The translations under genes and the position numbers were made by a program. From Bacteroidia bacterium (lineage in GTDB: Bacteria > Bacteroidota > Bacteroidia > SpSt-205): a stretch of DNA of 64,000 nt. The stretch covers positions 1,616-65,615 of the forward strand of contig JANZYW010000001.1 in the NCBI GenBank assembly GCA_026413325.1, written 5' to 3'. The notes under the pieces were generated by a model. It did no database searches. It was not told where the DNA came from and was given only the letters and a program-made list of their open reading frames with translations. This document shows, piece by piece, positions 19,991 to 29,886 of this stretch. Every line of letters starts with the position of its first letter. Position 1 is the first letter of the stretch.

Positions 19991-20673
19991 ACCGAGGGAG
20001 ACTCTGCAGAAGGAGAGGAAATAGCGAGGCGCTCAACCTCCAGCCGAGCTTCCCATGTCATAAAAGCAGATATGATCCAGTCCTGAGCTTGGTGTACCCT
20101 CTCCCACGCTTGCTTTAGCGTATCGGGCGTGAGAACACCAAGAATAATAGGCACCCCAGAGGTAGCATTGAGATACGCCAGATTAGTTATCACTGCATCA
20201 GATAGGTACCTATGATGTTCTGTCGCTCCTCTCAGTATACATCCTACTGAGACTACCACGGGAAGCTCTCCCTCCGGACCGGGATCGTAAGGCTGAAAGT
20301 ACGCTATCGGCCCCGGAGATTCCAAAAGAAATTCTGAACGCAGTTGACTATCAAAATTTCCCTGAAAGAAAGGAGGCAGTCGGAGGTTACTCTGAATCTG
20401 GGTAGGCCCTTTTACGGATATCGCCTGAGCAAAGCCCTGTCGCCATACGTATCGCCGAACGATGGCTCCTGTTAAATGTACCAGCTCGAATGAACCAGGA
20501 ACTGTGAAAAGATGGAGGCGTTCGGGTGGAAAAGAATAGGATTCCAACTTCTTCTGAGCTTCTTGCCATAGCCGCTCCATGAGGTCCCCATGCCACGCTG
20601 TACGTAAAAAGAACAAGCGAACCCGCCGCAAAAGAGCCTCGGGAGGGGTATAGGCAAGCCCCTCAGTCCACAT
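19987..20673 (-). CDS. ribH: 6,7-dimethyl-8-ribityllumazine synthase homologue carrying an internal insertion of about 55 aa.
   Basis: N-terminal and C-terminal blocks align with RibH (FTVPGSFELV like VPGAYELP; VVVSVGCILRGATEHH like VIALGTVIRGGTAHFEYV; VPIILGVLTPDTLKQAWER like IPVAFGVLTTESIEQAIER). The protein is 228 aa against about 155 expected. Confidence 0.6.
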   Translation of the reverse strand: MWTEGLAYTPPEALLRRVRLFFLRTAWHGDLMERLWQEAQKKLESYSFPPERLHLFTVPGSFELVHLTGAIVRRYVWRQGFAQAISVKGPTQIQSNLRLPPFFQGNFDSQLRSEFLLESPGPIAYFQPYDPGPEGELPVVVSVGCILRGATEHHRYLSDAVITNLAYLNATSGVPIILGVLTPDTLKQAWERVHQAQDWIISAFMTWEARLEVERLAISSPSAESPSV

Positions 20674-21361
20674 GAGCAGCCTTTACTCGATACAAGTATT
20701 TCTGAGCAGTCGGCGCTTCTCCTGCCAGGGGATATTTCTTCAAGATACGTTCGTATACCCGAGCTGCTTCCTTCCAAGACTGCGCAAGTTCATAGCATTG
20801 CCCCGCTTGTAAGAGAAATATCGGACTCGTCTGGGTATTGTCGTGGATTTGGGCAGCCTTCTCATAACACTCAGCTGCTTTTTCAAATGATTTCGTCTCA
20901 GCATAAGCTCCCCCCAGTGCCGACCAAGCAACCCCTCCCAGATACGTATCTGGCGCATCATACGCGGACAGAGCATCTATAGCTGCTTGATACTGGCCTA
21001 CTTTGAGATAGCAAAGCACTAAATACAGGCGACACAGATTGCCAGCTTCGGTCTGCCCATACTCCTCCACCAGCTGTTCAAAACCTAAGGCTGTCGCAGT
21101 ACCCTTCAAGGCCTTTTCAAAAGAATCTTGACGAAAGTAACTCTCGGCAAAACGCATTTCGCGAATACACTCTTCGTTCTGGGTCGCAAGGTACTGCCGG
21201 TACGCCACCCATCCTATCACGAGTACCACCAAGAGAACGCTAACAATAGAGACTATGCGATTTTGTTGAAATCGCTTCCACAGGACTACCCAACGTCCCT
21301 CTTCAGAGGAGGCCGCCTCTACTTCCGATTTGGAGGTTTGCTCTTCTGCCATGCGTTGCAA
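20663..21361 (-). CDS. Membrane-anchored TPR-repeat protein (YfgM/UPF0070-like).
   Basis: Acidic N-terminus, single TM (IVSIVSVLLVVLVIGWVAY), then TPR-like Ala/Tyr/Leu-rich helices. Confidence 0.55.
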   Translation of the reverse strand: MQRMAEEQTSKSEVEAASSEEGRWVVLWKRFQQNRIVSIVSVLLVVLVIGWVAYRQYLATQNEECIREMRFAESYFRQDSFEKALKGTATALGFEQLVEEYGQTEAGNLCRLYLVLCYLKVGQYQAAIDALSAYDAPDTYLGGVAWSALGGAYAETKSFEKAAECYEKAAQIHDNTQTSPIFLLQAGQCYELAQSWKEAARVYERILKKYPLAGEAPTAQKYLYRVKAAHVD

Positions 21362-21408
21362 AGATACAGAACTCCAGATGGGGACGAGAAAAAATAATGC
21401 ACAGATCC

Positions 21409-21948
21409 TCAGAGCGTATCCCCTGCGATCACACGCCTCCAGCGCCGCTGACTCTGATCATAGAAGGTGTAAGGATCAGGGAACGCCACGTAGTGCTCAT
21501 TATAGTTACGCAAGTCTTCTCCTTTTCTCCACAAACGATAAAGCCCCTCAACCACCGCCCGCATCGTATCAGAAGGAAATCGATACGTCCAGAAAAGCTC
21601 CTCATAATGTCGCCACCCCGTATCACTGGGAATCACCCGTCCTACCACTGCCTCCCGCCGATTTGGAAAGCGACTTCGAGTGGGCCGACTCAGTCCGAAA
21701 TAGAGGGTTTCTCCCTGCTCGATCCAAAGCTCCCAGCGATAGGCCTCAACCGAGTCGCGAGCTGCATGAGCCCCCGCAACAAAGGGGTATAACTTCGCAC
21801 GCACAGAATCGCGCCGCTCAGCGGGAATCTTTTCAGGCGAGGAGAAAGAACCCTCAGAGCGGCAAGAAACCGCCCACCACAAAAGAAACAGGGGCAGGCA
21901 TATCCACCTGCCCCTGTTTTTCAAAAGATCCTGTTTAGTATTGAGCAT
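21409..21948 (-). CDS. Hypothetical lipoprotein.
   Basis: Lipobox-like LLWWAVSC after a basic N-terminus. Trp/Arg-rich, no recognised domain. Confidence 0.45.
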   Translation of the reverse strand: MLNTKQDLLKNRGRWICLPLFLLWWAVSCRSEGSFSSPEKIPAERRDSVRAKLYPFVAGAHAARDSVEAYRWELWIEQGETLYFGLSRPTRSRFPNRREAVVGRVIPSDTGWRHYEELFWTYRFPSDTMRAVVEGLYRLWRKGEDLRNYNEHYVAFPDPYTFYDQSQRRWRRVIAGDTL

Positions 21949-23341
21949 TTTGCGGGTCGAAATGAGCCCACCCATCCGTCCAATCACTGTTGGGATCGAG
22001 AGCTCCTCGATAGGGTACTTGCTGAAAGTAGGTATCCAGCTTAGGATTGCTAAAATCAGCTCCAGTAGCCCAAGGAGACCCAGAGGGGAGGCGAAGCGTA
22101 GGATTCGCTTGGCCTTGGATGAATACCCAGAAAGGCATCGGAGTAGTGGAAGAGAAACCTCCCAGCAAAGAGAGATTGGTATCCACCACAGTCACATTGC
22201 TAGTACCTACTGTCTCCCATATAGCCCGAGCAGTGCTGTCAGTCGCCCCCTGCCCTCCTCTATATCGCCCAGAAGTATTTCCAGAGTCAACCAGCAGAAC
22301 ATTATGAGAGACAAATGCTCGACCTGCACTGTAGTGCTCAGCAGTACTTCCACTGCCCCCATCTATGCGCAAACCAGTGGGGAAACCACCGATGATAGAA
22401 TTGAAGAGCGAGACAGCTGCATTTCGACGGAAGTGCAGCGTATTTTGATAGTTTGCACTTCGGCCCGCCCCCCGACGATGGATAGGACCCAAGACCGTCA
22501 CATTCGAAAAGACAGGTGCAGTATAAGGCTGATTGGCAGACCCAGAAGGATCATTATCCATCTCAAAACCATTCGAGCCAGATTGATCCGCTCCGAAAGG
22601 ATCTCGAATAGCTAAGGCAAACTGCACTCGACCAGACCACCCAAAATCTCCATCAAAATCATCATCCCATGTTCCCTGCGAGACGAGATATTTCCCATCC
22701 ACTGTCCCACCAAACCATTCAAATCCGTCATCACCCCCGAAGGAAACCTGGACATGGTCGATTTGCGTGCCTCTGCCAACCCCACCCATCGTCAAGCTGT
22801 TTACCTCATTATTGGGCGTCAAAGCCACCCCAGCAAACTCGATCCGTACATAGCGAAATACCCCAGAATTGTCATTCGGATCGGTTCCTCCATATTGAAT
22901 GGGCGGAGTTACCCCCTCGATAGTGAGATTAGCACCGTTTATGGGGGCTCTGCCCAAAATAATAATCCCTCCCCAATCTCCTCGATCCCGCTCACCAGGG
23001 GCAAACTTCGATGTGAAAACGATGGGCTTATCCGGTGTACCTTCAGCAAAGATACGCCCACCTCGATCGATTATGAGGGTACCCTTGGTGGCACGATCTC
23101 CGAAAATAATCGTACCTGCCGGGATTCGTAGAACTCCCCCTTGGCGTACGATGTACTGCCCTTTCAGCAAGTACTTTTTGGTGGCATCTAACGTCAGCTC
23201 ATTTGTAAGCTCTCCCTCCAAAGTAACGAGAGAAGCTCCCCCCTGGGGAGGTTGAGGAGTAGGTTCATCTTCTTTCTTCTTTTTGCAGGCAATAAAGGCT
23301 CCCAAGGAGAGCGCAACTACCCAGAAACGTGCGGTCTTCAT
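21935..23341 (-). CDS. Hypothetical lipoprotein of 468 aa. It is rich in Gly, Asp, Thr and Asn, with short Gly/Asp-rich sub-repeats that suggest a beta-helix-like fold.
   Basis: Signal peptide plus lipobox (LSLGAFIAC followed by KKKKEDEPTPQPPQGG linker). Short repeated motifs include GGDDGFEWFGG, DDDFDGDFGW, NGFEMDNDPSG and GIIILGRA. Confidence 0.5.
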   Translation of the reverse strand: MKTARFWVVALSLGAFIACKKKKEDEPTPQPPQGGASLVTLEGELTNELTLDATKKYLLKGQYIVRQGGVLRIPAGTIIFGDRATKGTLIIDRGGRIFAEGTPDKPIVFTSKFAPGERDRGDWGGIIILGRAPINGANLTIEGVTPPIQYGGTDPNDNSGVFRYVRIEFAGVALTPNNEVNSLTMGGVGRGTQIDHVQVSFGGDDGFEWFGGTVDGKYLVSQGTWDDDFDGDFGWSGRVQFALAIRDPFGADQSGSNGFEMDNDPSGSANQPYTAPVFSNVTVLGPIHRRGAGRSANYQNTLHFRRNAAVSLFNSIIGGFPTGLRIDGGSGSTAEHYSAGRAFVSHNVLLVDSGNTSGRYRGGQGATDSTARAIWETVGTSNVTVVDTNLSLLGGFSSTTPMPFWVFIQGQANPTLRLPSGSPWATGADFSNPKLDTYFQQVPYRGALDPNSDWTDGWAHFDPQNAQY

Positions 23342-23431
23342 ATCGCTCCAAAGGACACGAATGCATGCAAAGCAAAAATAGCCTGCATGTAAAGCAAAAG
23401 AGTAGATCGCGACTGAGCATCTTCTGTACCT

Positions 23432-24199
23432 TTGCTTATGCTAAAGAAAAATAACATTAGCCTGTTCTTCCTCGTTCTCCTGACCGCTTGCGATGGAGGA
23501 GGAGGTAGTAGTAGTGCATACAGTCCTCGCACAGAAAGCAATGGTAGCAAGCAAGTCCTAAGTGCTTATCTGGAGATCGTACCTCATCGCTGGGAAGGAA
23601 CGGCAGACTCTGTTGAAAAATGGACCTTCAAGAGAAGAGGACAGCTCCTGCGCAAAGAGAAAACGGAAGAACGCCTTCTCACTTATAGTATTCGCATACC
23701 CACCGCTCACGCAGGCGAGTTCATCCAAGAAGTACGGACTTTAGGCGAAATCATCAATGAGCATACCTCTCTAACCGACATCACTCGTGAATATGCCGAT
23801 ATAGAAGCCCGGCTAAAAGCAAAAGAAGAGGCCGTCGCTCGACTCAAAGAGCTCCTAAGACAGGCACGCACCGCAAGTGAGATCTTAGAGGCTGAGAAAG
23901 CTCTACAACAAGCCCTAAGCGAGCGAGACGAACTTCGTAGCCAGTACGAAACGGGAAAGGCCCTGTCAGAGTCTATCCAAATAGACCTCACCTTACGCAA
24001 TCGCCTGTATGTAGAATACAGCCAGGGAGGCTCTTACTGGAATCAACTTCTAAGAAGTATAAAATCAGGGTGGGAAGGATTTGTGTACTTCACCTTTGCT
24101 ATCGCCTACCTATGGTGGCTGTGGCTTATTACTGGTCTGCTTATTTTGACCCTGCGATGGATAGCTCGCCGAAGTAAAAAGAACGCAGCAGGCAATTAG
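23432..24199 (+). CDS. DUF4349-like lipoprotein: lipobox, coiled-coil region, C-terminal TM anchor.
   Basis: LLTACDGGGGSSSA lipobox. Central Ala/Glu/Leu/Lys/Arg-rich coiled coil. C-terminal hydrophobic helix (WWLWLITGLLILTL). Confidence 0.5.
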   Translation: MLMLKKNNISLFFLVLLTACDGGGGSSSAYSPRTESNGSKQVLSAYLEIVPHRWEGTADSVEKWTFKRRGQLLRKEKTEERLLTYSIRIPTAHAGEFIQEVRTLGEIINEHTSLTDITREYADIEARLKAKEEAVARLKELLRQARTASEILEAEKALQQALSERDELRSQYETGKALSESIQIDLTLRNRLYVEYSQGGSYWNQLLRSIKSGWEGFVYFTFAIAYLWWLWLITGLLILTLRWIARRSKKNAAGN

Positions 24200-25296
24200 C
24201 CTTCTTCTTCCACCTGGAAAGGAACGAGCACAGGAGGAAGGTTTCCTTCCACTATCCACTGGGCGACTCCCTCCCCGATGAGGGGAAGTAATAGAATACC
24301 GTTTCGGTAAAGGCCATTTATGTAATACAGGCGACTCTCAGGTTCTTTATGAAAAAGAGGGGTCCTGGTTTGCGTAGCAGGCCTCAACCCCGCCCAAATA
24401 CGGATCACCCGAGCTTCGTACAAGTCAGGAAACACATAATACGCCCGCCGCAAGATATCCAAAATGCCCCCCATCGTTACAGATGCATCCCAACCTTTTT
24501 CTTCGACTGTGCCCCCTAAAATGATATAGGTTCTTTTAGGCACAGCATATCCATACCCATACGCTTTGTTGAGATAGCGGACTGCCGACGGGAGCCATCC
24601 AGGCCGAGGCATCTCTACTGCCACCATTTGCCCTCGCACAGGATAGACGCGAAAAGGCAGTTCCAGGTCACCCACAGGAACTCCCACACAAACAATGACG
24701 ACTTCTGCCTGATAAAGTCCTCGGGGCGTATGGAGGAGGAAATTCCGCCCCGTTCGCTCTATCCGGGCAACAGGCGTCTCCGATAAGAACACCACGCCCT
24801 TTCTTTGTGCAGCCTCTACCAAACGGTCACGAAGCAGCTCTGGAGAAACATGCCCCTCATCTGGAGCATAGCTCCCACCTGGGATACGAGGAGAAAGGAT
24901 GGGAAGTCTCTCTCGAAGCTCTCTGCCTTCCATCCATTCTACCCGAAGTCCTTGAGACCGCTCAAACTCCATCCTCCGCTTTACATAAGGAATATCTTCA
25001 GGCATGAGAGCAAGCTCGTAGGTACCAGTCGCTTCATAGCCGATATCCCCTAACTCAGCTGCCCACTTCGGATAAAGGCGCCGACTCTCTATCATCGCCT
25101 GAAGAAGATGAAGCTCTCCGAACTCAGCTTCGTATGCAGGGGACAACATACCAGCGGAGGCAGTCATCGCTCCACTACCGGGCTGCTTCGCATCAAACAC
25201 AACAGGCACATGCCCCCGCAAAGCAAGCTGCCACGCAATAGCTAATCCCGCTGCCCCACCCCCTACCACCGCATATTCAACCTCCCTGCCGAGCAT
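24196..25296 (-). CDS. thiO: FAD-dependent glycine oxidase.
   Basis: GxGxxG dinucleotide fold (AVVGGGAAGLAIAW). Blocks shared with ThiO (ASAGMLSP, WAGLRPAT, LYRNGILLLP). Start taken at MLGREVEY. Gene order thiS then thiO. Confidence 0.7.
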   Translation of the reverse strand: MLGREVEYAVVGGGAAGLAIAWQLALRGHVPVVFDAKQPGSGAMTASAGMLSPAYEAEFGELHLLQAMIESRRLYPKWAAELGDIGYEATGTYELALMPEDIPYVKRRMEFERSQGLRVEWMEGRELRERLPILSPRIPGGSYAPDEGHVSPELLRDRLVEAAQRKGVVFLSETPVARIERTGRNFLLHTPRGLYQAEVVIVCVGVPVGDLELPFRVYPVRGQMVAVEMPRPGWLPSAVRYLNKAYGYGYAVPKRTYIILGGTVEEKGWDASVTMGGILDILRRAYYVFPDLYEARVIRIWAGLRPATQTRTPLFHKEPESRLYYINGLYRNGILLLPLIGEGVAQWIVEGNLPPVLVPFQVEEEG

Positions 25297-25489
25297 ACAC
25301 CAGTTCCACTTGATCTCCCTCCGCAAGCAGAGTAGTAGACCACTCCGCTCGAGGGATAATACGGCGATTGATGGCGACAGCGATACCAACCTGAGTAGGG
25401 TCAACCTTGAGGTGAAACAGGAGCTTCTCTACCGTCAATGCCTGGGGAAGGGAAACGGCTTCACCGTTTAGACGAACTTGCATATGCAC
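25277..25489 (-). CDS. thiS: Sulfur-carrier protein ThiS (ubiquitin-like, C-terminal GG).
   Basis: 70 aa ending in …VELVYARQGG. A ThiS-like AVAINRRIIPRAEW block. Sits immediately upstream of thiO and overlaps it. Confidence 0.7.
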   Translation of the reverse strand: MHMQVRLNGEAVSLPQALTVEKLLFHLKVDPTQVGIAVAINRRIIPRAEWSTTLLAEGDQVELVYARQGG

Positions 25490-26474
25490 TTAAGAACACT
25501 TTAGCGGTATCTTGTATAACCCTCTCAAGGGGTGTATAGGAAAAAGGGTATACCCTAGTAATACGTGTGCCATCATACAGGAAATCTGCGCTTGAGGTAC
25601 GCGTCGTCTCTCGAGTAGCAGCCTCTGGTATTCCAAGGTACTTCCCCAAGAGTTCCATAACCCAGCCAGCAGAAACAGCCAGCTGCTTGGGTAAAGGGAA
25701 CAGAGGGGGACGCTTGCCCAAAGCACGGGCTATTTCTGTGAATAGGCGACGATACTTCCAGTTCTCCGCCACAAGGATGTAACGCTGACCCCATCCTACA
25801 GGATAGTGCTCCAAGCCAGTAAAAATAGCCCTTACTACATCTTCTACTCCCACAAAACCATTTGTACCCACGGGGTAAGCCATCAAGCCTTTCCACACCA
25901 TTCGAAAAAAGACAGGAGATCCTTTGGTCCAACTGACGTAAGGCCCCAGGATGATGCCAGGATTCAAAACCAGCGCAGAAAGCCCCTCTTCTTTACCCCT
26001 CCAGACTTCTTTCTCAGCCAAATATTTGGTATACCCATAGTACGTATTGTACGGGGAGTCTTCCCATATAGCCTCTTCTGTAATAGGGGCTTTCGGATCA
26101 GATGGACGTCCTAAAGCTGCTATTGAACTTACATAAATCAAACGAGAGACTCCCGCCTCTAAACTCGCATTCACCAAGTGTCGAGTCCCCTCTACATTGG
26201 TTTTATACATCCATTGGCGACTCCGGGAGGAGAAACTGATGGTAGCCGCCAGATGAACCACTGTCTCTACCCCCTGACAAGCTTCTATGAGGGCGACAGG
26301 GTCCTGAAGATTTCCTTCTACAAGCTCTACATGGCCCAAGTAAGGTTTGAGTACGGGATGCTGGGGGTCTCGTACGAACAATCGCAGTGGGGCGGGCTTA
26401 CCCCTCCGCTCCCATTCCGCCAGAAACGTATAGCCTACAAACCCCGTAGCCCCAGTTATTAACCACATGGCCAA
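25461..26474 (-). CDS. NAD-dependent epimerase/dehydratase (extended SDR) family protein.
   Basis: N-terminal Rossmann ITGATGFVGYTF. YxxxK-type catalytic region (YGYTKYLAEK). Confidence 0.75.
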   Translation of the reverse strand: MAMWLITGATGFVGYTFLAEWERRGKPAPLRLFVRDPQHPVLKPYLGHVELVEGNLQDPVALIEACQGVETVVHLAATISFSSRSRQWMYKTNVEGTRHLVNASLEAGVSRLIYVSSIAALGRPSDPKAPITEEAIWEDSPYNTYYGYTKYLAEKEVWRGKEEGLSALVLNPGIILGPYVSWTKGSPVFFRMVWKGLMAYPVGTNGFVGVEDVVRAIFTGLEHYPVGWGQRYILVAENWKYRRLFTEIARALGKRPPLFPLPKQLAVSAGWVMELLGKYLGIPEAATRETTRTSSADFLYDGTRITRVYPFSYTPLERVIQDTAKVFLSAYASSSKR

Positions 26475-26729
26475 AAGTACGTAAAAGGCTCATTTGAGGC
26501 CGTCTCACCAAAAGATTTCCTTCAGAAGGGTTCCCTTCCGAGCATAAGAGGATGCGAGAAAAAGGGGTATGTACTGCGGAAGAAGACCGAAAGAAATCCA
26601 CCCGCCCTGGTCAGAGAGAATGGGCTGCTCTTGAAGAGGAACGCTAAGGAAGCGGGCATCGTTCTACTCAAGAATGCAGTTTCTGCCCACCATTAGTACC
26701 ATTGCTGGCACGTATCGCACGCAGTGGTA

Positions 26730-27734
26730 TTACCCACGAGAAAAGCTCCTACGAAAAATCGATGCCCCCACACCAACTGCCTGTCTCACCCGAGACAAAG
26801 TCCTTTCAGCTTCTTCACGAGCTTTCTGCGCCCCCATCCACAGAACTTTCTCCATCTCGTCGGGAGCACTCCACCACCGCTCATAGGCTTCCCTCTGGGC
26901 AGCAAAACGCTCTTTCAGAACTTCGAACAGAGCCTCCTTAGCTTGGCCATACCCATATCCCCCGGAAAGATACTTCTCTCGCAGCTCTGCAGTCCTCTCT
27001 GGAGAAGCAACGGCGGCAAACAACTGAAACACCGTACATCGCTCCGGGTCCTTTGGAGCATGAAGCGGGGTAGCATCTGTAACGATCCGCTTCACCCGTT
27101 TGTGGAGCTCCTGCAAGTCTCCCAGTACATCGAGAGTATTGCCATAGCTTTTGCTCATTTTACGCCCATCTATGCCAGGGAGAACCATAACCTCTTCTCG
27201 AAACACAGGCTCGGGCAGCTTAAAAATCTCCCCATACACACGATTGAAAGCCCCAGCCAAATCCCGAGTGATTTCTATGTGTTGTTTCTGGTCCTTTCCG
27301 ACGGGAATCCAATCTGCCTGATAGAGTAGAATATCTGCCGCCATCAGCACAGGATAGGTAAACAGACCGGCGGACACTTCAGCGAGATGAGCGGATTTCT
27401 CCTTGAAAGAATGGGCATTCGCCAGCATTGGGTACGGGGTGAGACAGCTGAGATACCAGGCTAACTCCGTGACTTCAGGAACATCTGACTGGCGAAAAAA
27501 TACATGTCTCTTCGGGTCCAAACCACAGGCCAGCCACGTAGCCGCCACTGCATAGGTATTTTCACGAAGAAGGCGTGCATCCCTCACTGTCGTGAGGGCA
27601 TGGAGGTCAGCTATAAATAAATAAGCGGGTTCCGCTTGCGCATCTGCTAACTCTATGGCGGGGAATATGGCCCCCAACAGATTACCTAAGTGCGGTTTAC
27701 CAGAACTCTGGATACCCGTGAGAATCCGACTCAT
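26730..27734 (-). CDS. trpS: Tryptophanyl-tRNA synthetase.
   Basis: [20 protein letters not shown] class-I motif and KMSKS. The ORF is open to 27824; the start was taken at MSRILTGIQ. Confidence 0.85.
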   Translation of the reverse strand: MSRILTGIQSSGKPHLGNLLGAIFPAIELADAQAEPAYLFIADLHALTTVRDARLLRENTYAVAATWLACGLDPKRHVFFRQSDVPEVTELAWYLSCLTPYPMLANAHSFKEKSAHLAEVSAGLFTYPVLMAADILLYQADWIPVGKDQKQHIEITRDLAGAFNRVYGEIFKLPEPVFREEVMVLPGIDGRKMSKSYGNTLDVLGDLQELHKRVKRIVTDATPLHAPKDPERCTVFQLFAAVASPERTAELREKYLSGGYGYGQAKEALFEVLKERFAAQREAYERWWSAPDEMEKVLWMGAQKAREEAERTLSRVRQAVGVGASIFRRSFSRG

Positions 27735-27926
27735 GCCTGCACACCGGCCTCTGAGCGAAGACCGGGTAGCGGTTGTTTGTTCTTGGGCTTGCGAGGACGA
27801 AACTTCCCGTATGTGCCTCGCCATATTTTCCCTCGGCGGGTGCGCCTATCTCCTTTTCCCATGGTGGCAAAGGTATGCATTTCTCCTGAGTGTTTTCTCT
27901 ATGAAGGGGCCAGCTTGAGAGGCCAA

Positions 27927-27951
27927 GGAGAAGGGAAAATCTCCTTTCTCC
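27927..27951 (-). terminator. Candidate hairpin (GGAGAA…TTCTCC) 3' of clpX.
   Basis: Inverted repeat in the clpX-trpS intergenic region. The downstream T-tract is weak. Confidence 0.25.
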
Positions 27952-27968
27952 GCCAAAACTCTTTTAAG

Positions 27969-29192
27969 TTAGCTAACAGCCCGCAGAGGGGCTAACTTCG
28001 ACCGCACAGTGGCCTCATCTATCTCTATTTCTTCCTGAGAGGGACGAGCAAATAGAACGTCTTCTAAAACAGTCTCTAAGAGACTGCGGAGAGCCCGCGC
28101 TCCCGTGCCCATTGAGAAAGCTTCCTCTGCTATCGCACGCAAAGCCCCTTCAGTGAAGCGAAGGCGAATGCCATCCCAGGCCAAGAGCTGTTGGTATTGC
28201 TTCACTAAGGCGTTCCGAGGCTCTGTAAGTATTCTCAAAAGAGCCTCTTGATCTAAGGGCTCCATAGCGGCTATCACTGGGAGCCGCCCGATAAACTCAG
28301 GAATGAGCCCATATCGCCTCAGATCAGCCGGCTGGACATACCGATACCACCCCGAAGAATGGGAATCACGAATCTGTTCTCGACGAAATCCGATAGTCTG
28401 ACGGGAAAGACGCCGAGCAACAATCGCATCTAATCCCTCAAATGCTCCCCCACAAATGAAAAGGATATTCTGTGTATTTACAGAGATAAAATTCTGCTCC
28501 GGATGTTTGCGCCCCCCTTTGGGAGGGACATTGGCGATTGTACCCTCAAGAAGCTTAAGGAGCGCTTGCTGTACACCCTCCCCCCCCACATCACGAGTAA
28601 GAGATGGGTTTTCAGATTTTCGGGCAATTTTATCTATTTCGTCGATGTAAACGATACCGATCTGAGCAGATTCTACATCATAGTCTGCAGCTTGCAACAG
28701 GCGCACCAGCACATTCTCGACATCTTCTCCTACATATCCCGCTTCCGTAAGCGTAGTAGCGTCCGCGATAGCAAAAGGCACTTGGAGTAAGTCTGCTATA
28801 GTCCTTGCCAGAAGGGTTTTCCCAGTACCGGTGGGACCCAGCAAAAGCACGTTGCTTTTTTCTACCTGGACGGACGGAGGAGACTCCTGAGACAAAAGAG
28901 CGGCCACCCGTCGGTAATGATTGTACACAGCAACCGCTATCTTTCGCTTCGCAGCCTCCTGCCCTACAATGTAGGCATCGAGGTGAGCTTTGATTTCGGC
29001 AGGAGAGGTCTTAGGCATTTGCCATCCCCTGAGCCTGCGGCTCCGACGCAACTCTTTCTGTGCGACTTCTTGTATGTGCGCAGTACAGTCAAGGCAAATG
29101 TATACAGGACGCAAGGGAGATTCTACCAATGCAGCAGGGGGGGAGGGGCGCCCGCAGAAATCACACTGAACTCCCTTAGCGGGCTGAGCCAT
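27969..29192 (-). CDS. clpX: ATP-dependent Clp protease ATP-binding subunit ClpX.
   Basis: N-terminal C4 zinc finger (CDFCGR…CLDC). Walker [15 protein letters not shown]. ClpX-typical LID and GYVGEDVE. Confidence 0.92.
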   Translation of the reverse strand: MAQPAKGVQCDFCGRPSPPAALVESPLRPVYICLDCTAHIQEVAQKELRRSRRLRGWQMPKTSPAEIKAHLDAYIVGQEAAKRKIAVAVYNHYRRVAALLSQESPPSVQVEKSNVLLLGPTGTGKTLLARTIADLLQVPFAIADATTLTEAGYVGEDVENVLVRLLQAADYDVESAQIGIVYIDEIDKIARKSENPSLTRDVGGEGVQQALLKLLEGTIANVPPKGGRKHPEQNFISVNTQNILFICGGAFEGLDAIVARRLSRQTIGFRREQIRDSHSSGWYRYVQPADLRRYGLIPEFIGRLPVIAAMEPLDQEALLRILTEPRNALVKQYQQLLAWDGIRLRFTEGALRAIAEEAFSMGTGARALRSLLETVLEDVLFARPSQEEIEIDEATVRSKLAPLRAVS

Positions 29193-29886
29193 CTGTGGGA
29201 ACCAGCTTAGTCGGACGCAAAACTTCGTCTACCAACCCATACGCCTGGGCTTCATCCGCCCGCATCCAGTAATCTCGGTCCGAATCTTTCCATATTTTTT
29301 CATAGGACTGTCCAGTGTGAAATGCCAAAATCTCATAGAGCTCTCGCTTTATCTTCTGTATTTCTGCATGAACGATCTCAATATCAGAGGCCTGTCCTTG
29401 CACTCCCCCAAGCGGCTGATGTATCATCACTCGAGCATGAGGGAGGGCAGCCCGCTTGCCTTTCGATCCTGCCGCCAAGAGTACAGCAGCCATAGAAGCA
29501 GCCATACCCGTACAAATAGTATTTACATCAGGCCGCACATACTGCATCACATCATAGATACTCAAGCCATCATAGACAGACCCTCCCGGAGAGTTTATGT
29601 AGATAAAGATATCGCGTTTGGGATCGGCTGATTCCAAAAAAAGCAATTGCGCATTGATGATGTTGGCTATCTGCCCATCGATAGGATACCCCATGAAGAT
29701 TATCCTATCCATCATCAATCGAGAAAAAACATCCATCACAGCGATATTGAGCTGGCGCTCCTCGATAATATTCGGGGTAAGCCCATAGATGCCTTGACGT
29801 AACCGAGCTTCATACTGATCCAATCGAAGGCTTTCTATATGAAGGTGACGGGTCGCATATCGGCGAAACTCTTCTCCCAGATTCAT
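29176..29886 (-). CDS. clpP: ATP-dependent Clp protease proteolytic subunit ClpP.
   Basis: Active-site region [18 protein letters not shown]…[12 protein letters not shown]…[10 protein letters not shown] (Ser-His-Asp triad context). Start set at MNLGEEF; the ORF is open to 29958. Confidence 0.9.
   Translation of the reverse strand: MNLGEEFRRYATRHLHIESLRLDQYEARLRQGIYGLTPNIIEERQLNIAVMDVFSRLMMDRIIFMGYPIDGQIANIINAQLLFLESADPKRDIFIYINSPGGSVYDGLSIYDVMQYVRPDVNTICTGMAASMAAVLLAAGSKGKRAALPHARVMIHQPLGGVQGQASDIEIVHAEIQKIKRELYEILAFHTGQSYEKIWKDSDRDYWMRADEAQAYGLVDEVLRPTKLVPTDGSAR

Noticed and set aside
19987-20673. Interpreting the 228-aa ORF as two genes (a small unknown gene plus ribH) or as containing an intein.
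   Set aside because: A single continuous frame spans both RibH-like halves. The extra segment is about 55 aa, far below intein size, and lacks the Cys/Ser at splice junctions. It is treated as an insertion within one protein.
21330-22615. Plus-strand ORFs of 202, 131 and 224 aa overlapping the two lipoprotein genes.
   Set aside because: They are antisense to ORFs that have coherent signal peptides and domain-like composition. The products are Arg/Ser/Pro-rich and low complexity. Likely spurious.
26724-27329. A 201-aa plus-strand ORF.
   Set aside because: It is antisense to trpS, a conserved class-I aaRS with HIGH/KMSKS motifs. No independent support.
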